This document shows positions 38,961-47,938 of a stretch of 64,000 nt of DNA, piece after piece (the stretch's first letter is position 1; each line of letters opens with the position of its first letter). A program made the translations under genes and the position numbers. The stretch comes from Terriglobia bacterium (lineage in GTDB: Bacteria > Acidobacteriota > Terriglobia > JAJPHL01 > JAPKYU01), in NCBI GenBank assembly GCA_965223005.1, contig CBDCVK010000005.1:128001-192000 (forward strand). Reading direction: 5' to 3'. Below the pieces are notes generated by a model. It made no database searches. It was not told where the DNA came from and worked only from the letters and a program-made list of their open reading frames with translations.

Positions 38961-39734
38961 TCACTTCAGGTTGCGGCTGGAGAAGATCGCCGAAGCGGCC
39001 AGCAACATCACGCTGATGTACAGGGCGGCGTAGCCCGTATTCAGCAGGACCAGCGACAGCGGGATGGGCCGTCCGTAGGCGGCGGCGGCAATTGCATTGA
39101 AATTGCTGAAATTTGGCAGCAGGTAGTACAGCACTACCGTGATCCTCTCCAACAGGGGATTCTCGGTCATGGCGCCGAAGGTCCGGATGTCCTGGGCAAA
39201 CAGCCCGGTGAGGTACAAACCGAGAGTGAACAAGGTGGACAGCAGCGGCGTCGAAAAGCAAGAAAACAACAGGGCCAGCGCCGTTACCAGCGCCAGCTTG
39301 AGCAAAATGAAGTAGATGGCGACCAGCACGGAGAGGGCGCTGCTGGGGAACGCGCGCGTGACGTAAAACAGCGCTGCTGCCAGTCCCACAGTCATGAGCG
39401 CCGTATTGACGGTCAGGGTTAGCAGCAGCCCGGCGTACTTACCCACCAGGAATTCCCAGCGGCGGATGGGCTTGGAGAGCAACGCGTATAAAGTGAACTT
39501 GTCGATCTCTTTGTAGACCAACCCAACCCCGATGAACACTGCCATCAACAAGCCGAACACTGAGATGGACGTCAGCCCGAGGTTGACGATCACGAGGCGC
39601 TCAATGTCGATCGAGATCTGGCCCACCAGCACGGCGGCGGCAATCATCAGCAGCGCGAAGAAGATCAGGTTGTAGAGCACACGGTCGCGCACCGCTTCGC
39701 GAAAGGTATTGACAGCAACCACCCAGCTCAACAT
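38961..39734 (-). CDS. ABC transporter permease (PilI-like)
   Basis: NTFREAVRDR, KEIDK.T..LLSKPIRRWEFLVGKY; multiple TMs; ATG at 39734. Confidence 0.88.
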   Translation of the reverse strand: MLSWVVAVNTFREAVRDRVLYNLIFFALLMIAAAVLVGQISIDIERLVIVNLGLTSISVFGLLMAVFIGVGLVYKEIDKFTLYALLSKPIRRWEFLVGKYAGLLLTLTVNTALMTVGLAAALFYVTRAFPSSALSVLVAIYFILLKLALVTALALLFSCFSTPLLSTLFTLGLYLTGLFAQDIRTFGAMTENPLLERITVVLYYLLPNFSNFNAIAAAAYGRPIPLSLVLLNTGYAALYISVMLLAASAIFSSRNLK

Positions 39735-39736
39735 GC

Positions 39737-40693
39737 TCAGCGCTCCACTTCGACGGCGTGCGGCGCCGACTGTTCCCGCCCGATCAGGCGCAGGAAGAAA
39801 TCTTCCAGCGTCGGCTTCAGTTGGGTCACCGAGAGGATGCGGGCCCTGCAGGCGCCCAGCCGCTCCAGCGTCGGGTAAAACTCCTCCTCGGGTACCTCGA
39901 TGCGGTACCGGGCCCCGGTCCGGGTGGCCCGAGACGCCAAAGTCGGCGGCAGCGAGGCATCGGCCGGCAACTCGAACAGAATCTCCAGGCCGTGCACCTG
40001 GATGGAGACGATTTCCTCTGGCGAGCCCACCCCCTGCAAGCGCCCGTTCACCAGCACGGCCACGCGGTCGCACAGCATTTCCGCATCAGACAGGATATGC
40101 GTGGAAAAGAAGACGGTGTGCCCCCGGCGCTTCAATTCGAGGATGATGTCGCGAACTTCGCGGCGGCCCAGCGGATCCAAACTCGACATCGGCTCGTCCA
40201 GAAACAGCACCTGCGGGTCGTGCAGGATCGCCTGGGCCAGTCCCACCCGTTGCAGCATTCCCTTGGAAAAAAGGCGAAGTTGCAGGTTGCCGGCCGATGC
40301 CAGCCCCACCAATTCCAGGAACTGCTCAACGCGCTGCCGGCGCTCCTTCACCCCGTAACCAAAGAAGCGCGCGAAGTAGTCGAGCAATTCCCGGGCCGTC
40401 AAGTAATCGTAGAAATACGGCTGCTCGGGCAGGTAGCCGATGTCGCGGTGCATGCTCACGTCTTCAATGGAGTGCCCCAGAATGCGCGCCTCCCCTGAGG
40501 TGGGAAAGATCAGTCCTGTCAGCAGTTTCAACGTTGTGGTCTTGCCGGCACCGTTGGGACCGAGAAAACCGAACACCTCGCCCTCCTGGACGGTCAGCGT
40601 CAACCCGTCCAGCGCCCGGCGCGGTCGTTTCCGCCAGAAACCGACCAGGTAGTCCTTGGTCAGTTGCTCGATTTCGATCGCCGGTCCTGCCAT
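39737..40693 (-). CDS. ABC transporter ATP-binding protein (PilH-like)
   Basis: GPNGAGKTT, FSKGMLQR, FLDEP, STHIL. Confidence 0.93.
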   Translation of the reverse strand: MAGPAIEIEQLTKDYLVGFWRKRPRRALDGLTLTVQEGEVFGFLGPNGAGKTTTLKLLTGLIFPTSGEARILGHSIEDVSMHRDIGYLPEQPYFYDYLTARELLDYFARFFGYGVKERRQRVEQFLELVGLASAGNLQLRLFSKGMLQRVGLAQAILHDPQVLFLDEPMSSLDPLGRREVRDIILELKRRGHTVFFSTHILSDAEMLCDRVAVLVNGRLQGVGSPEEIVSIQVHGLEILFELPADASLPPTLASRATRTGARYRIEVPEEEFYPTLERLGACRARILSVTQLKPTLEDFFLRLIGREQSAPHAVEVER

Positions 40694-40720
40694 TGCTCGA
40701 TTCCTATTCTGACAAGAACT

Positions 40721-43012
40721 TCATTGGGCCAGAAGCCGATCCTTTTGCAGCTCTCGGGCTCGCTGGCGTGCCTGTTGCGCACTCTGCTGGCGGTCCTGGG
40801 CCTGATACAGCTCCGCTAGGTTAAGCCACCCAGCCGGGTCCTCCGGCACCGATTGTACCGCCTGTTCCTGAAAAGAGACAGCGCGGCCCAGGTCTCCGAG
40901 GCTCCTCCAGGCGCGGGCCCGACCGACCGCTACCTGCACGCGAAACGCCTGCCCCAGGGGCGCCGCCGGGCCGCGGTAAGGGCTGCGTTTCTCCGCCTCC
41001 TCCCAAGCCCGAAGGGCTTGCCGCGGCTGCTTCATGGACAAGTACACCTCGCCCAGAACACGGTACATTTCATGCGCGGACACAGAATGACGGGCGGCGC
41101 GGCGGATCGCTTCGGCAGCTTCCGAATACTGCCCCTGCAGCGCCTGTGCCTGACCAATGGCGTACGAAGCCTGGTCGCTCGGCCGCAGGCGCAGGGCTGC
41201 TCGGTACTCCTGCTCGGCTTCGCGAATCCGGTCGCTGGCCTGTAAGACGGAGCCCTTCATCAGGTGTAGTTGCGGGTCGTCAGCGAAAATCCGTTGGGCC
41301 CGCTCCAGGGCCTGGAGCGCTTCCCCGTTCCGACCAAGGGCAAATAGCACCCAGCCAGCATTGGCATGGAAGTTATACAATTCGGCAGCGTTTCGAGAGC
41401 CGAACCTGGAGGTGGGCTTGGGCGGCGTAAACTGCGTGCTAGCGCAGTCAATCTGGAAGTGGTCCAGCCAGAACGCGTTCTCAGGCCGGTTACGCACGAA
41501 CAGCGCAGCCACCTCATCCAAGTAAACTGGCCGCCAGGTCTGACTCTCGCAAAATCGCCGCAACGCGATATTGCCCAGCCCAGCATAGCGCGCCACAGCC
41601 AGGATTACAGTGTTGACGCCCCAGCGCTCAGCCTGCTGCTGCCATTGCGGGGAATCGGGTGGCTGCAATAACAGTGCCTTGTGCTGGAAAAACAGCTCCG
41701 CGCCAAAGGGCACGGCGCGGCCGTCCAGCGACACCGGATAGTCCGGCCCCAGCCGCCAGGTTAAATAGCCGCCCAGGTTGAAGTCGTTCAGGATACGGCC
41801 CGGCAGGCGCTCTCGCAGCAGAAAAGCGGTAGCGCGCTCCGGGTACCACCAGGAAACGCCGGGGCCAAAACCCACGTTACCCACCACGCTGAGGTAATGG
41901 CGGTTGGAAACCAGATCGGCGGCCCGCACGCCAACCAAGCCTCCCAGAGCCACCAACGCCAGCAGAACGCCGGCCGCGGCCGGCCACTGTCGGCGCACCA
42001 GCCAGTTAGGTTTCCAGGGCCACGAAGCCAGCAGCTCCCCGCCGACCACGACCACCACTATGGCAAATAGCGCCTGCAAACGCAGGTAGCGCATGGAGCC
42101 GAACAGTGCGACGGCCAACAGGAGCACCGCTCCCGGTGACCTACGCCACAGGGCCACGCCGGCAGCCAGCACGCCCGCCACCAGCAACCACCAGAACGCG
42201 CTGTCAGGGTTCCGCCAGGCCAGCAGTTCCGACAGGCTGGCCCAGGAGACTCGGACCACCAGCCAGTCACCGACGTGCCCTTCCAGTGACTCCAGCAGGC
42301 GGCTCTGCCGGAACAACGCCGCATAGAGACGCGGCCCCCATGGATTCACCAGTGTGGCCAGTGCTGCCGTGGCCAGCCAGGGAGCGGCGCGCCGCAGGCG
42401 AGCCGAGGCCGGGGCGCGCTTCTCCGGGAACGGCAGCTCCAGAAGCTCCACCACTACGTAGGCGGCCAATAGCGCCACTCCCGCAACAAATCCCAGGTGT
42501 AGGTTGGCCCACAGGCACAGCAGCGGCGGCAGCAACCACAGGGGAGAAGGCCGGTCGCGGTAGTGGCGCCACAAGAGCACCAACACCGGAGCAAACAGCA
42601 GGGTGCTGAACAAATCGGCCCGCGGAGCTGTGCGAAAGGCCACCACGGGAACGGCCAGCACCGCCAGGGAGGCGCGCACCAGGGCTGCGGGGGCGGGGCC
42701 ACCTGCAGCTAGCAGCATCGCCACCGTCCCCGCGCACGCCGCCGCGGTCAGCCAGGAGATTGCCGCGTAGCCTCCAAGCCAGTGCGCCCCATAGAAGAGA
42801 ACCCCTGAAAAGGGCGGATAGATCCACTCCTGACCGCGGGCTGTGTAGGAAAGGACGTCGTGGGAAGGAATTTCTCTGTGCAGGAGGACGTAACGGCCGG
42901 TAGCCAGTTGCCACCCCAGGTCCGAGTCGCCCACTGTGCGCAGGCCGCTCAGAGCGGCATATAGGACGGCGAGGGTAGCTAGGGCGAGCAGCAATCGCCG
43001 CTGATGGGCCAT
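40721..43012 (-). CDS. Polytopic membrane protein, probable GT-C glycosyltransferase with C-terminal TPRs
   Basis: DxDLGWQLATG first-loop motif, WANLH, many TMs, GGYLTW..DGR, TPR tail. Confidence 0.7.
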   Translation of the reverse strand: MAHQRRLLLALATLAVLYAALSGLRTVGDSDLGWQLATGRYVLLHREIPSHDVLSYTARGQEWIYPPFSGVLFYGAHWLGGYAAISWLTAAACAGTVAMLLAAGGPAPAALVRASLAVLAVPVVAFRTAPRADLFSTLLFAPVLVLLWRHYRDRPSPLWLLPPLLCLWANLHLGFVAGVALLAAYVVVELLELPFPEKRAPASARLRRAAPWLATAALATLVNPWGPRLYAALFRQSRLLESLEGHVGDWLVVRVSWASLSELLAWRNPDSAFWWLLVAGVLAAGVALWRRSPGAVLLLAVALFGSMRYLRLQALFAIVVVVVGGELLASWPWKPNWLVRRQWPAAAGVLLALVALGGLVGVRAADLVSNRHYLSVVGNVGFGPGVSWWYPERATAFLLRERLPGRILNDFNLGGYLTWRLGPDYPVSLDGRAVPFGAELFFQHKALLLQPPDSPQWQQQAERWGVNTVILAVARYAGLGNIALRRFCESQTWRPVYLDEVAALFVRNRPENAFWLDHFQIDCASTQFTPPKPTSRFGSRNAAELYNFHANAGWVLFALGRNGEALQALERAQRIFADDPQLHLMKGSVLQASDRIREAEQEYRAALRLRPSDQASYAIGQAQALQGQYSEAAEAIRRAARHSVSAHEMYRVLGEVYLSMKQPRQALRAWEEAEKRSPYRGPAAPLGQAFRVQVAVGRARAWRSLGDLGRAVSFQEQAVQSVPEDPAGWLNLAELYQAQDRQQSAQQARQRARELQKDRLLAQ

Positions 43013-43037
43013 ATCCTGGCTTGACCCGCGCTACGCG

Positions 43038-43069
43038 TGAAGGGAGAACCCCGGAAGGTTCTCCCTTCA
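43038..43069 (-). terminator. Strong stem-loop downstream of the pilin gene (no U-tract; attenuator or mRNA stabiliser)
   Basis: tgaagggagaacc-ccggaa-ggttctcccttca perfect 13-bp inverted repeat. Confidence 0.6.
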
Positions 43070-43095
43070 TCGTCAAGACAAAAGCACCGGGCCGA

Positions 43096-43602
43096 CTAGA
43101 TCGGCGTGTCGGTGAGCGACGCGATGGTCGTAGGATTGAAACGGATTATATTGGCCTCGCTGCTGCAGAAGGAGCGCTGGCCGCTGGAGCCACGCGCGAC
43201 CGGATCCGAATTGGTTATGTACTGAGCGATAAACCCGAAAGTGGTGTTCGTGCCGGTCGGAGCAAAGGTGACGATGTACCCGCCCTTGGTAAACGTGGTG
43301 TTCGTACCCGTGCCCTCAAGCCCGCCAAGTACGGGGTCCACCAAATCGGCGCGGTTTGCATCGGCCTGGCTGCCGGCCGCCGGTGGGCCAAGACGGTTCA
43401 ACCCATCGGTGAAGCCCGAGTTATATGTAGAGGCGTAGGTGATCTCCGCGGTGTTCAACGTACGCAAGGAACTGGTGGTAGACGCCTCGTTGGCGGCAAT
43501 CCGAGACCTCAGCAGGTTTGGGATGGCGATAGCCGCGATGATCAGAATGATCGCCACCACGATCAACAACTCAATCAGTGAGAAGCCCTTCTGCTTCTTC
43601 AT
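43096..43602 (-). CDS. pilA: Type IV pilin (major pilin-like)
   Basis: MKKQKG/FSLIELLIVVAIILIIAAIAIP class III signal with Glu5. Confidence 0.93.
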   Translation of the reverse strand: MKKQKGFSLIELLIVVAIILIIAAIAIPNLLRSRIAANEASTTSSLRTLNTAEITYASTYNSGFTDGLNRLGPPAAGSQADANRADLVDPVLGGLEGTGTNTTFTKGGYIVTFAPTGTNTTFGFIAQYITNSDPVARGSSGQRSFCSSEANIIRFNPTTIASLTDTPI

Positions 43603-43688
43603 ATCTGTTTTTGCCCTTCCGCCCCCCTTCAAGGGGAGGCTGCATTGGTGTGTTATGGTTGCAGGATAAACCCCGCGCCGCTAAGAGT

Positions 43689-43705
43689 AGCAATCTCTGT
43701 TCCAA
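43689..43705 (-). promoter_or_regulatory. Sigma54 (-24/-12) promoter of the intact pilin
   Basis: Minus strand TTGGAACAGAGATTGCT, GG-N10-GC. Confidence 0.75.
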
Positions 43706-43806
43706 ACAGCAAGCTTCCTCCACGACCCACGGGGCAGGAATAAACTCAAACCAAGCAACAGGTTGGTTTCTACCGTCGCTTATGCAAACGCAAGCAACTC
43801 AGTAAG

Positions 43807-43823
43807 GTGACAAAAAGTGTCAC
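43807..43823. promoter_or_regulatory. Candidate bEBP (PilR-like) upstream activator site
   Basis: Perfect palindrome GTGACA-N5-TGTCAC about 100 nt upstream of the -24 element. Confidence 0.55.
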
Positions 43824-43889
43824 TCCGCGTGGACACTTCTTGGCGCCGCCCCAACCGTGGCGAAACGACGCGCTAAGCAGCGCAGCAGT

Positions 43890-44391
43890 CTAGATAACCG
43901 TGTCGGTAGCTGTCGCCGTGGTCGTGGGGTTAAAACGAATGACCAGGGGTTCGTTGGTAAAGAAGGAACGCTGGCCACTGGAGCCGCGCACCACTGGGTC
44001 GGCCGCGATCTGGTAGGCGGCAATGAACCCGAAGGTCATGTTGGTGCCAGTGGGAACGTACGAGAAACTATAGCCATTCTTGGTGAAGCTGGTAGCCGTG
44101 CCGCCCGTACTCATACCCGCCAGAATCGGGTCTACTATATCGGCGCGGTTGGCGTCGGCTGACGAGCCTGCCGTTGGCGGGCCCAGCCGGGTTAAGTTGT
44201 CCGTATAGCCCGAGTTATACGTGGCGTTGTATGTTAGCGGTGTTCACCGACCGCAAGGAGCTGACGGCAGACGCCTCGTTGGCGGCCAGCCGGGATCGCA
44301 ACAAATTAGGGATCGCAATCGCGGCAATAATCAAAATGATCGCTACCACGATCAGCAACTCGATCAGCGAGAAACCCCTCTGTTTGCCCAT
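43890..44391 (-). pseudogene. Second type IV pilin, frameshifted near 44231
   Basis: MGKQRG/FSLIELL...NTANI, then a shift to YNATYNSGYTDNLTRLGPP...PTTTATATDTVI; about 5 nt missing relative to the paralog. Confidence 0.85.
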
Positions 44392-44488
44392 CTTGGCTTT
44401 TCCCTCGCTTCCTTGGTAAGGGGGGAAGGCAATTTCAATTCCAATCTCCTGATTTGTCAACCAGTTTCTTTTGCAGAAGCTTTAACCC

Positions 44489-44505
44489 TGCATATCCGTT
44501 TCCAA
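44489..44505 (-). promoter_or_regulatory. Sigma54 promoter of the second pilin
   Basis: Minus strand TTGGAAACGGATATGCA, GG-N10-GC. Confidence 0.6.
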
Positions 44506-44519
44506 ATTTCAGACCTAAC

Positions 44520-44735
44520 CGTGTCCTGACCTCCGGCGCCGATATGCATGCTGGTTCCAGCCTCAGGACAGCCTTCCGGAGGTAGAAACCCAGTGGATCA
44601 GAACCAAAACCACCATTTTCAACTCTCGCTCAATAGGTTCTTTCGTGCCGATTTTCCAAGAATCACGAGTGACTACTGATGGCGGCCTGATCCTGGTGCG
44701 AGACTGGACGAACGGTTGCGTTCAGCGAGCTGCTC
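44520..44735 (+). mobile_element. IS1380-family transposase 5' remnant (boundaries approximate)
   Basis: From GTG 44593 with frameshifts: DQNQNHHFQLSLNRFFRADF/QESRVTTDGGLILVR/LDERL/FSEL, resembling the IS1380 N-terminal FQLSFN..DFQGSRVTSDGGL.L.RELDERL pattern. Confidence 0.7.
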
Positions 44736-46046
44736 GGGATGCAGAATCTTTCGAACTGCAGCGCGAAAGTTCAGGTAGTCGGGGTCATTCGGCCGCAGGA
44801 CCAGACCCTGCTGATACATGCGGTCAGCTTCCTCGTAGCGTCCGGTTATGAAATACAAGCGGCCCAGGCTCAGCACGGCGGTCTTGGAACTGGGGGTTAC
44901 GCGCAGGGTGTGAGTCCACAGCGTCTCCGCATGGCGCCAATTCAGAACGGCAGCCACCGAAAGCGCGCTCCATATCAGCAGCAACGCCAGCGCAGCCGCG
45001 GCCCCCGCTCGGTGGCGGGTCGCGTACCCGATCAGTAAGGCGAGGCCCAGGACCGCGACATACGCGTAGCGATCCTGCGCTTGCCGCAGAGGAGGCAGGA
45101 CGATGCTGGACGCCAGCGCAGGGGTCAAGGCTAGGAAGAGCAGTAGCAGCGCACGCCGCACTTCCTTGTGCCGAGTAGCGGCCCAGCCTGCCAGCGCACA
45201 GGCGAGCGCGAAGACCACCCAGGCGGTGGGCGGATGCGCCAGGTGATACTCAGGAGCTAGCGGCCACGGCCAAATCAGCTTCTTCGCGTACTGCAAGGCA
45301 ATTGCGCCGATGATGTCGATGTGCCCGAACACGGAGCGCTGGTGCAGCTGACCGACGGCAAGACCGAGCGCCGAGAAACGCAGCAGGAGCGTGGCGCCGG
45401 CAATGGCAAAGAATGCCCAGGCCCGCCAGCCGACAAACAGCGCCGCCATCAGCGGTAGCGCCAGGGTTGTTTCTTTCGTCAAGAAAGCGATGGCGGCGGC
45501 CAGGTAGCTGACAGCCAGCATCCATCTTGGGCCGGCCCGCGCCCGCAGCAGGGCGTAAAGGCTCAGCAACATCAAGGCGCCGGCCAGCACCTCGGAGAAG
45601 GCGGCCATCCAGGCCACCGCTTCCACGTGCAGGGGATGGACCAGGAAGAGGGCGGCCGTGAACCAGGCTACTCGGAGTTCGGCGAATTCCAGGACCAGCA
45701 AGAAGAGAAGCAGGCCGGCGGCGGCGTGCACGGCGACGGAAGCCAGGTGCAGTCCGAAGGGCTGCCGATCGGTAAGCCGGGCGAGCCAGGAATGAGCCAA
45801 AAACTGGATCGGACGGTAAACCACGTACTGCGCCTTTTCCGGATCAAATGGATGGGAGTCGAGGCTGAACACCGACGTCACGGTTTCCTTGAACAGTCGC
45901 GGGTTGTCGAAGTAGAGCCATTCGTCGTCCCAGATAAAGGCGCCGCCCAGCGAGTGTGCATAGACCAGACCGGTCAGCAGAACCAAAGCCACCACGCCCC
46001 GGCCTGGCGTCAGGCCCCGAAGGCTCATGAAGGTGGAGAAGCTCAT
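44673..46046 (-). CDS. TMTC/PMT-like GT-C glycosyltransferase with a single TPR, C-terminus running into the IS remnant
   Basis: FIWDD, YRP, HPLHVEAVAW, KE, PWPL, DRY.Y, W....LW motifs. Confidence 0.8.
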   Translation of the reverse strand: MSFSTFMSLRGLTPGRGVVALVLLTGLVYAHSLGGAFIWDDEWLYFDNPRLFKETVTSVFSLDSHPFDPEKAQYVVYRPIQFLAHSWLARLTDRQPFGLHLASVAVHAAAGLLLFLLVLEFAELRVAWFTAALFLVHPLHVEAVAWMAAFSEVLAGALMLLSLYALLRARAGPRWMLAVSYLAAAIAFLTKETTLALPLMAALFVGWRAWAFFAIAGATLLLRFSALGLAVGQLHQRSVFGHIDIIGAIALQYAKKLIWPWPLAPEYHLAHPPTAWVVFALACALAGWAATRHKEVRRALLLLFLALTPALASSIVLPPLRQAQDRYAYVAVLGLALLIGYATRHRAGAAAALALLLIWSALSVAAVLNWRHAETLWTHTLRVTPSSKTAVLSLGRLYFITGRYEEADRMYQQGLVLRPNDPDYLNFRAAVRKILHPEQLAERNRSSSLAPGSGRHQ

Positions 46047-46089
46047 TTTTTACGGCCACTATACTACGTAAGGATTGCACGGGCCGTCT

Positions 46090-46272
46090 ACGGGGGACGA
46101 TTCAGGACCTTGCGGAGCGCGGCGCGGGAGGCCAGGTAGTCGGGGTCATTGGGCTGCAGGACGAGGATCTGCTGCTAGATGCGAGCAGCTTCCTCGAAGC
46201 GTCCGGGCATAAAAGTGCCAGTCGCCCAGTGTGAGTACTGCGCTTTTGAAAATGGGGGTTTGATCGAGGTGA
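46090..46272 (-). pseudogene. Decayed copy of the 3' end of a TMTC-like gene
   Basis: caggtagtcggggtcatt..gcaggac..ctgctg..cagcttcctcg.agcgtccgg..gggggtt matches 44772-44900, with a stop codon and indels. Confidence 0.7.
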
Positions 46273-46297
46273 TGCCCGCGGCTGCGCCAGCCTCGCT

Positions 46298-46912
46298 TCA
46301 GCGCCCCTCTACCATGGTGAGGAAATATTGATGGAGGCGAGGGTCGGGGGTCAATTCCGGGTGGAACGTAGCGGCCAACAGGTACTGTTGGCGCACCAGC
46401 ACCGCCGAACCCCGGCATTCAGCCAGCACCTGAACTCCCGGCCCAACCCGTTCAATGATGGGCGCGCGGATAAAGACCATCTCCAATGAAGAATCGGACC
46501 AGCCGTCAGCGGGACTTTCTCGGGTGATGAAACTGGACAACTGGCGGCCATAACCATTGCGACGAACTGCAATGTCCATCAGAGCCAGGCTGCGTTGTGG
46601 GGGATTGCTGACCTCGCTGGCCATCAGGATGGCGCCGGCGCAGGTGCCGAAAAGCGGCCGACCCTTGGCCGCCATCTCGCGGATGGCTTCCAGCAAGCCG
46701 TCTTCGCCGAGGAACTTCAGCAACGTGGTGCTCTCGCCGCCAGGCAGAATGAGTCCATCCACCTGGGCCACCTGCCGCGCATGCTTCACCAGTACCGGCG
46801 TGGCCCCGACGTGGCGAAGGGCGCGGGCATGAGCCTCAAAATCACCCTGCACCGCAAGCACGCCGATGCGCGCGCCGTTCTTGCTCGGTTCCCGAGTTTC
46901 GGCTTCCCCCAT
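46298..46912 (-). CDS. pdxT: PLP synthase glutaminase subunit
   Basis: GVLAVQG, PGGEST, GTCAG, FIRAP, FHPELT. Confidence 0.96.
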   Translation of the reverse strand: MGEAETREPSKNGARIGVLAVQGDFEAHARALRHVGATPVLVKHARQVAQVDGLILPGGESTTLLKFLGEDGLLEAIREMAAKGRPLFGTCAGAILMASEVSNPPQRSLALMDIAVRRNGYGRQLSSFITRESPADGWSDSSLEMVFIRAPIIERVGPGVQVLAECRGSAVLVRQQYLLAATFHPELTPDPRLHQYFLTMVEGR

Positions 46913-46914
46913 CT

Positions 46915-47814
46915 CTACCAGCCGCGCGTTTGCAGCAGCTCCTTCTCCTCCAGGGCCGCGATGTCAAGCCCGCGCATGGCCTCCCCCAGCATTCCCGAGC
47001 ACTCCAGCAACATCTTCGGCTCATTGAAATGAGTCGTGGCGGTCACGACGGCGCGGGCGCGCACCTCCGGGTCCGAAGACTTAAAGATGCCCGAGCCGAC
47101 AAAAACCGCCTCGGCCCCCAACTGCATCACCAGCGCCGCGTCGGCGGGAGTCGCGATGCCGCCGGCAGAGAAATTGGGCACCGGCAAGCGGCCATTCTGG
47201 GCCACCCAGCGCACCACCTCCAGGGGCGCCCCCAGCTCTTTGGATTTCGCCACCAGCTCGTCCTCGCCCAGCACTGTCAACCGACGCATCTCGCCCACGA
47301 TGGCTCGTATGTGCCGCACCGCTTCCACCACGTTTCCCGAGCCGGCTTCCCCCTTGGTGCGGATCATGGCTGCGCCCTCGGCGATGCGCCGCAGCGCCTC
47401 ACCCAGGTTCCGCGCGCCGCAAACGAACGGCACCTTGAAGCCGCGCTTGTGGATGTGGTGCTGCTCGTCGGCCGGGGTCAGCACTTCGCTTTCGTCAATG
47501 AAGTCCACTTCCAGCGCCTCCAGCACCTGCGCCTCGGTGAAGTGTCCAATGCGCACCTTGGCCATCACCGGGATGGAGACGGTGCTCATGATGTCGCGGA
47601 TGGTCTTGACGGGGGCCATGCGGGCCACACCGCCTTCCCGCCGAATGTCAGCCGGCACCCGCTCCAGGGCCATCACTGCTACCGCCCCCGCCTTCTCGGC
47701 GATTTCCGCATGCTCGGCATTGATCACATCCATGATGACCCCGCCTTTGAGCATCTCTGCCAGTCCCACCTTCAGGCGGTACTGTTCGTCCAGGAAATTC
47801 CAGGGCTCTGCCAT
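46915..47814 (-). CDS. pdxS: PLP synthase lyase subunit
   Basis: [41 protein letters not shown]. Confidence 0.97.
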   Translation of the reverse strand: MAEPWNFLDEQYRLKVGLAEMLKGGVIMDVINAEHAEIAEKAGAVAVMALERVPADIRREGGVARMAPVKTIRDIMSTVSIPVMAKVRIGHFTEAQVLEALEVDFIDESEVLTPADEQHHIHKRGFKVPFVCGARNLGEALRRIAEGAAMIRTKGEAGSGNVVEAVRHIRAIVGEMRRLTVLGEDELVAKSKELGAPLEVVRWVAQNGRLPVPNFSAGGIATPADAALVMQLGAEAVFVGSGIFKSSDPEVRARAVVTATTHFNEPKMLLECSGMLGEAMRGLDIAALEEKELLQTRGW

Positions 47815-47819
47815 ATCTT

Positions 47820-47867
47820 CCCTCCCTAATGCTTCCGCTCAGACCCTCCCTAATGCTTCCGCTTAGA
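47820..47867. repeat. 24-bp tandem duplication covering the pdxS RBS
   Basis: ccctccctaatgcttccgct(c/t)aga occurs twice. Confidence 0.85.
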
Positions 47868-47938
47868 GGTAAATGTCTGGTGTGTTGGCGCGGAGCCATG
47901 CCACGGCGGATTCCCCAAATCATTTTACTACACGCCAG

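Noticed and set aside
44545-44560. Additional sigma54-like element CTGGAACCAGCATGCA
   Set aside because: GG-to-GC spacing is 9 rather than 10
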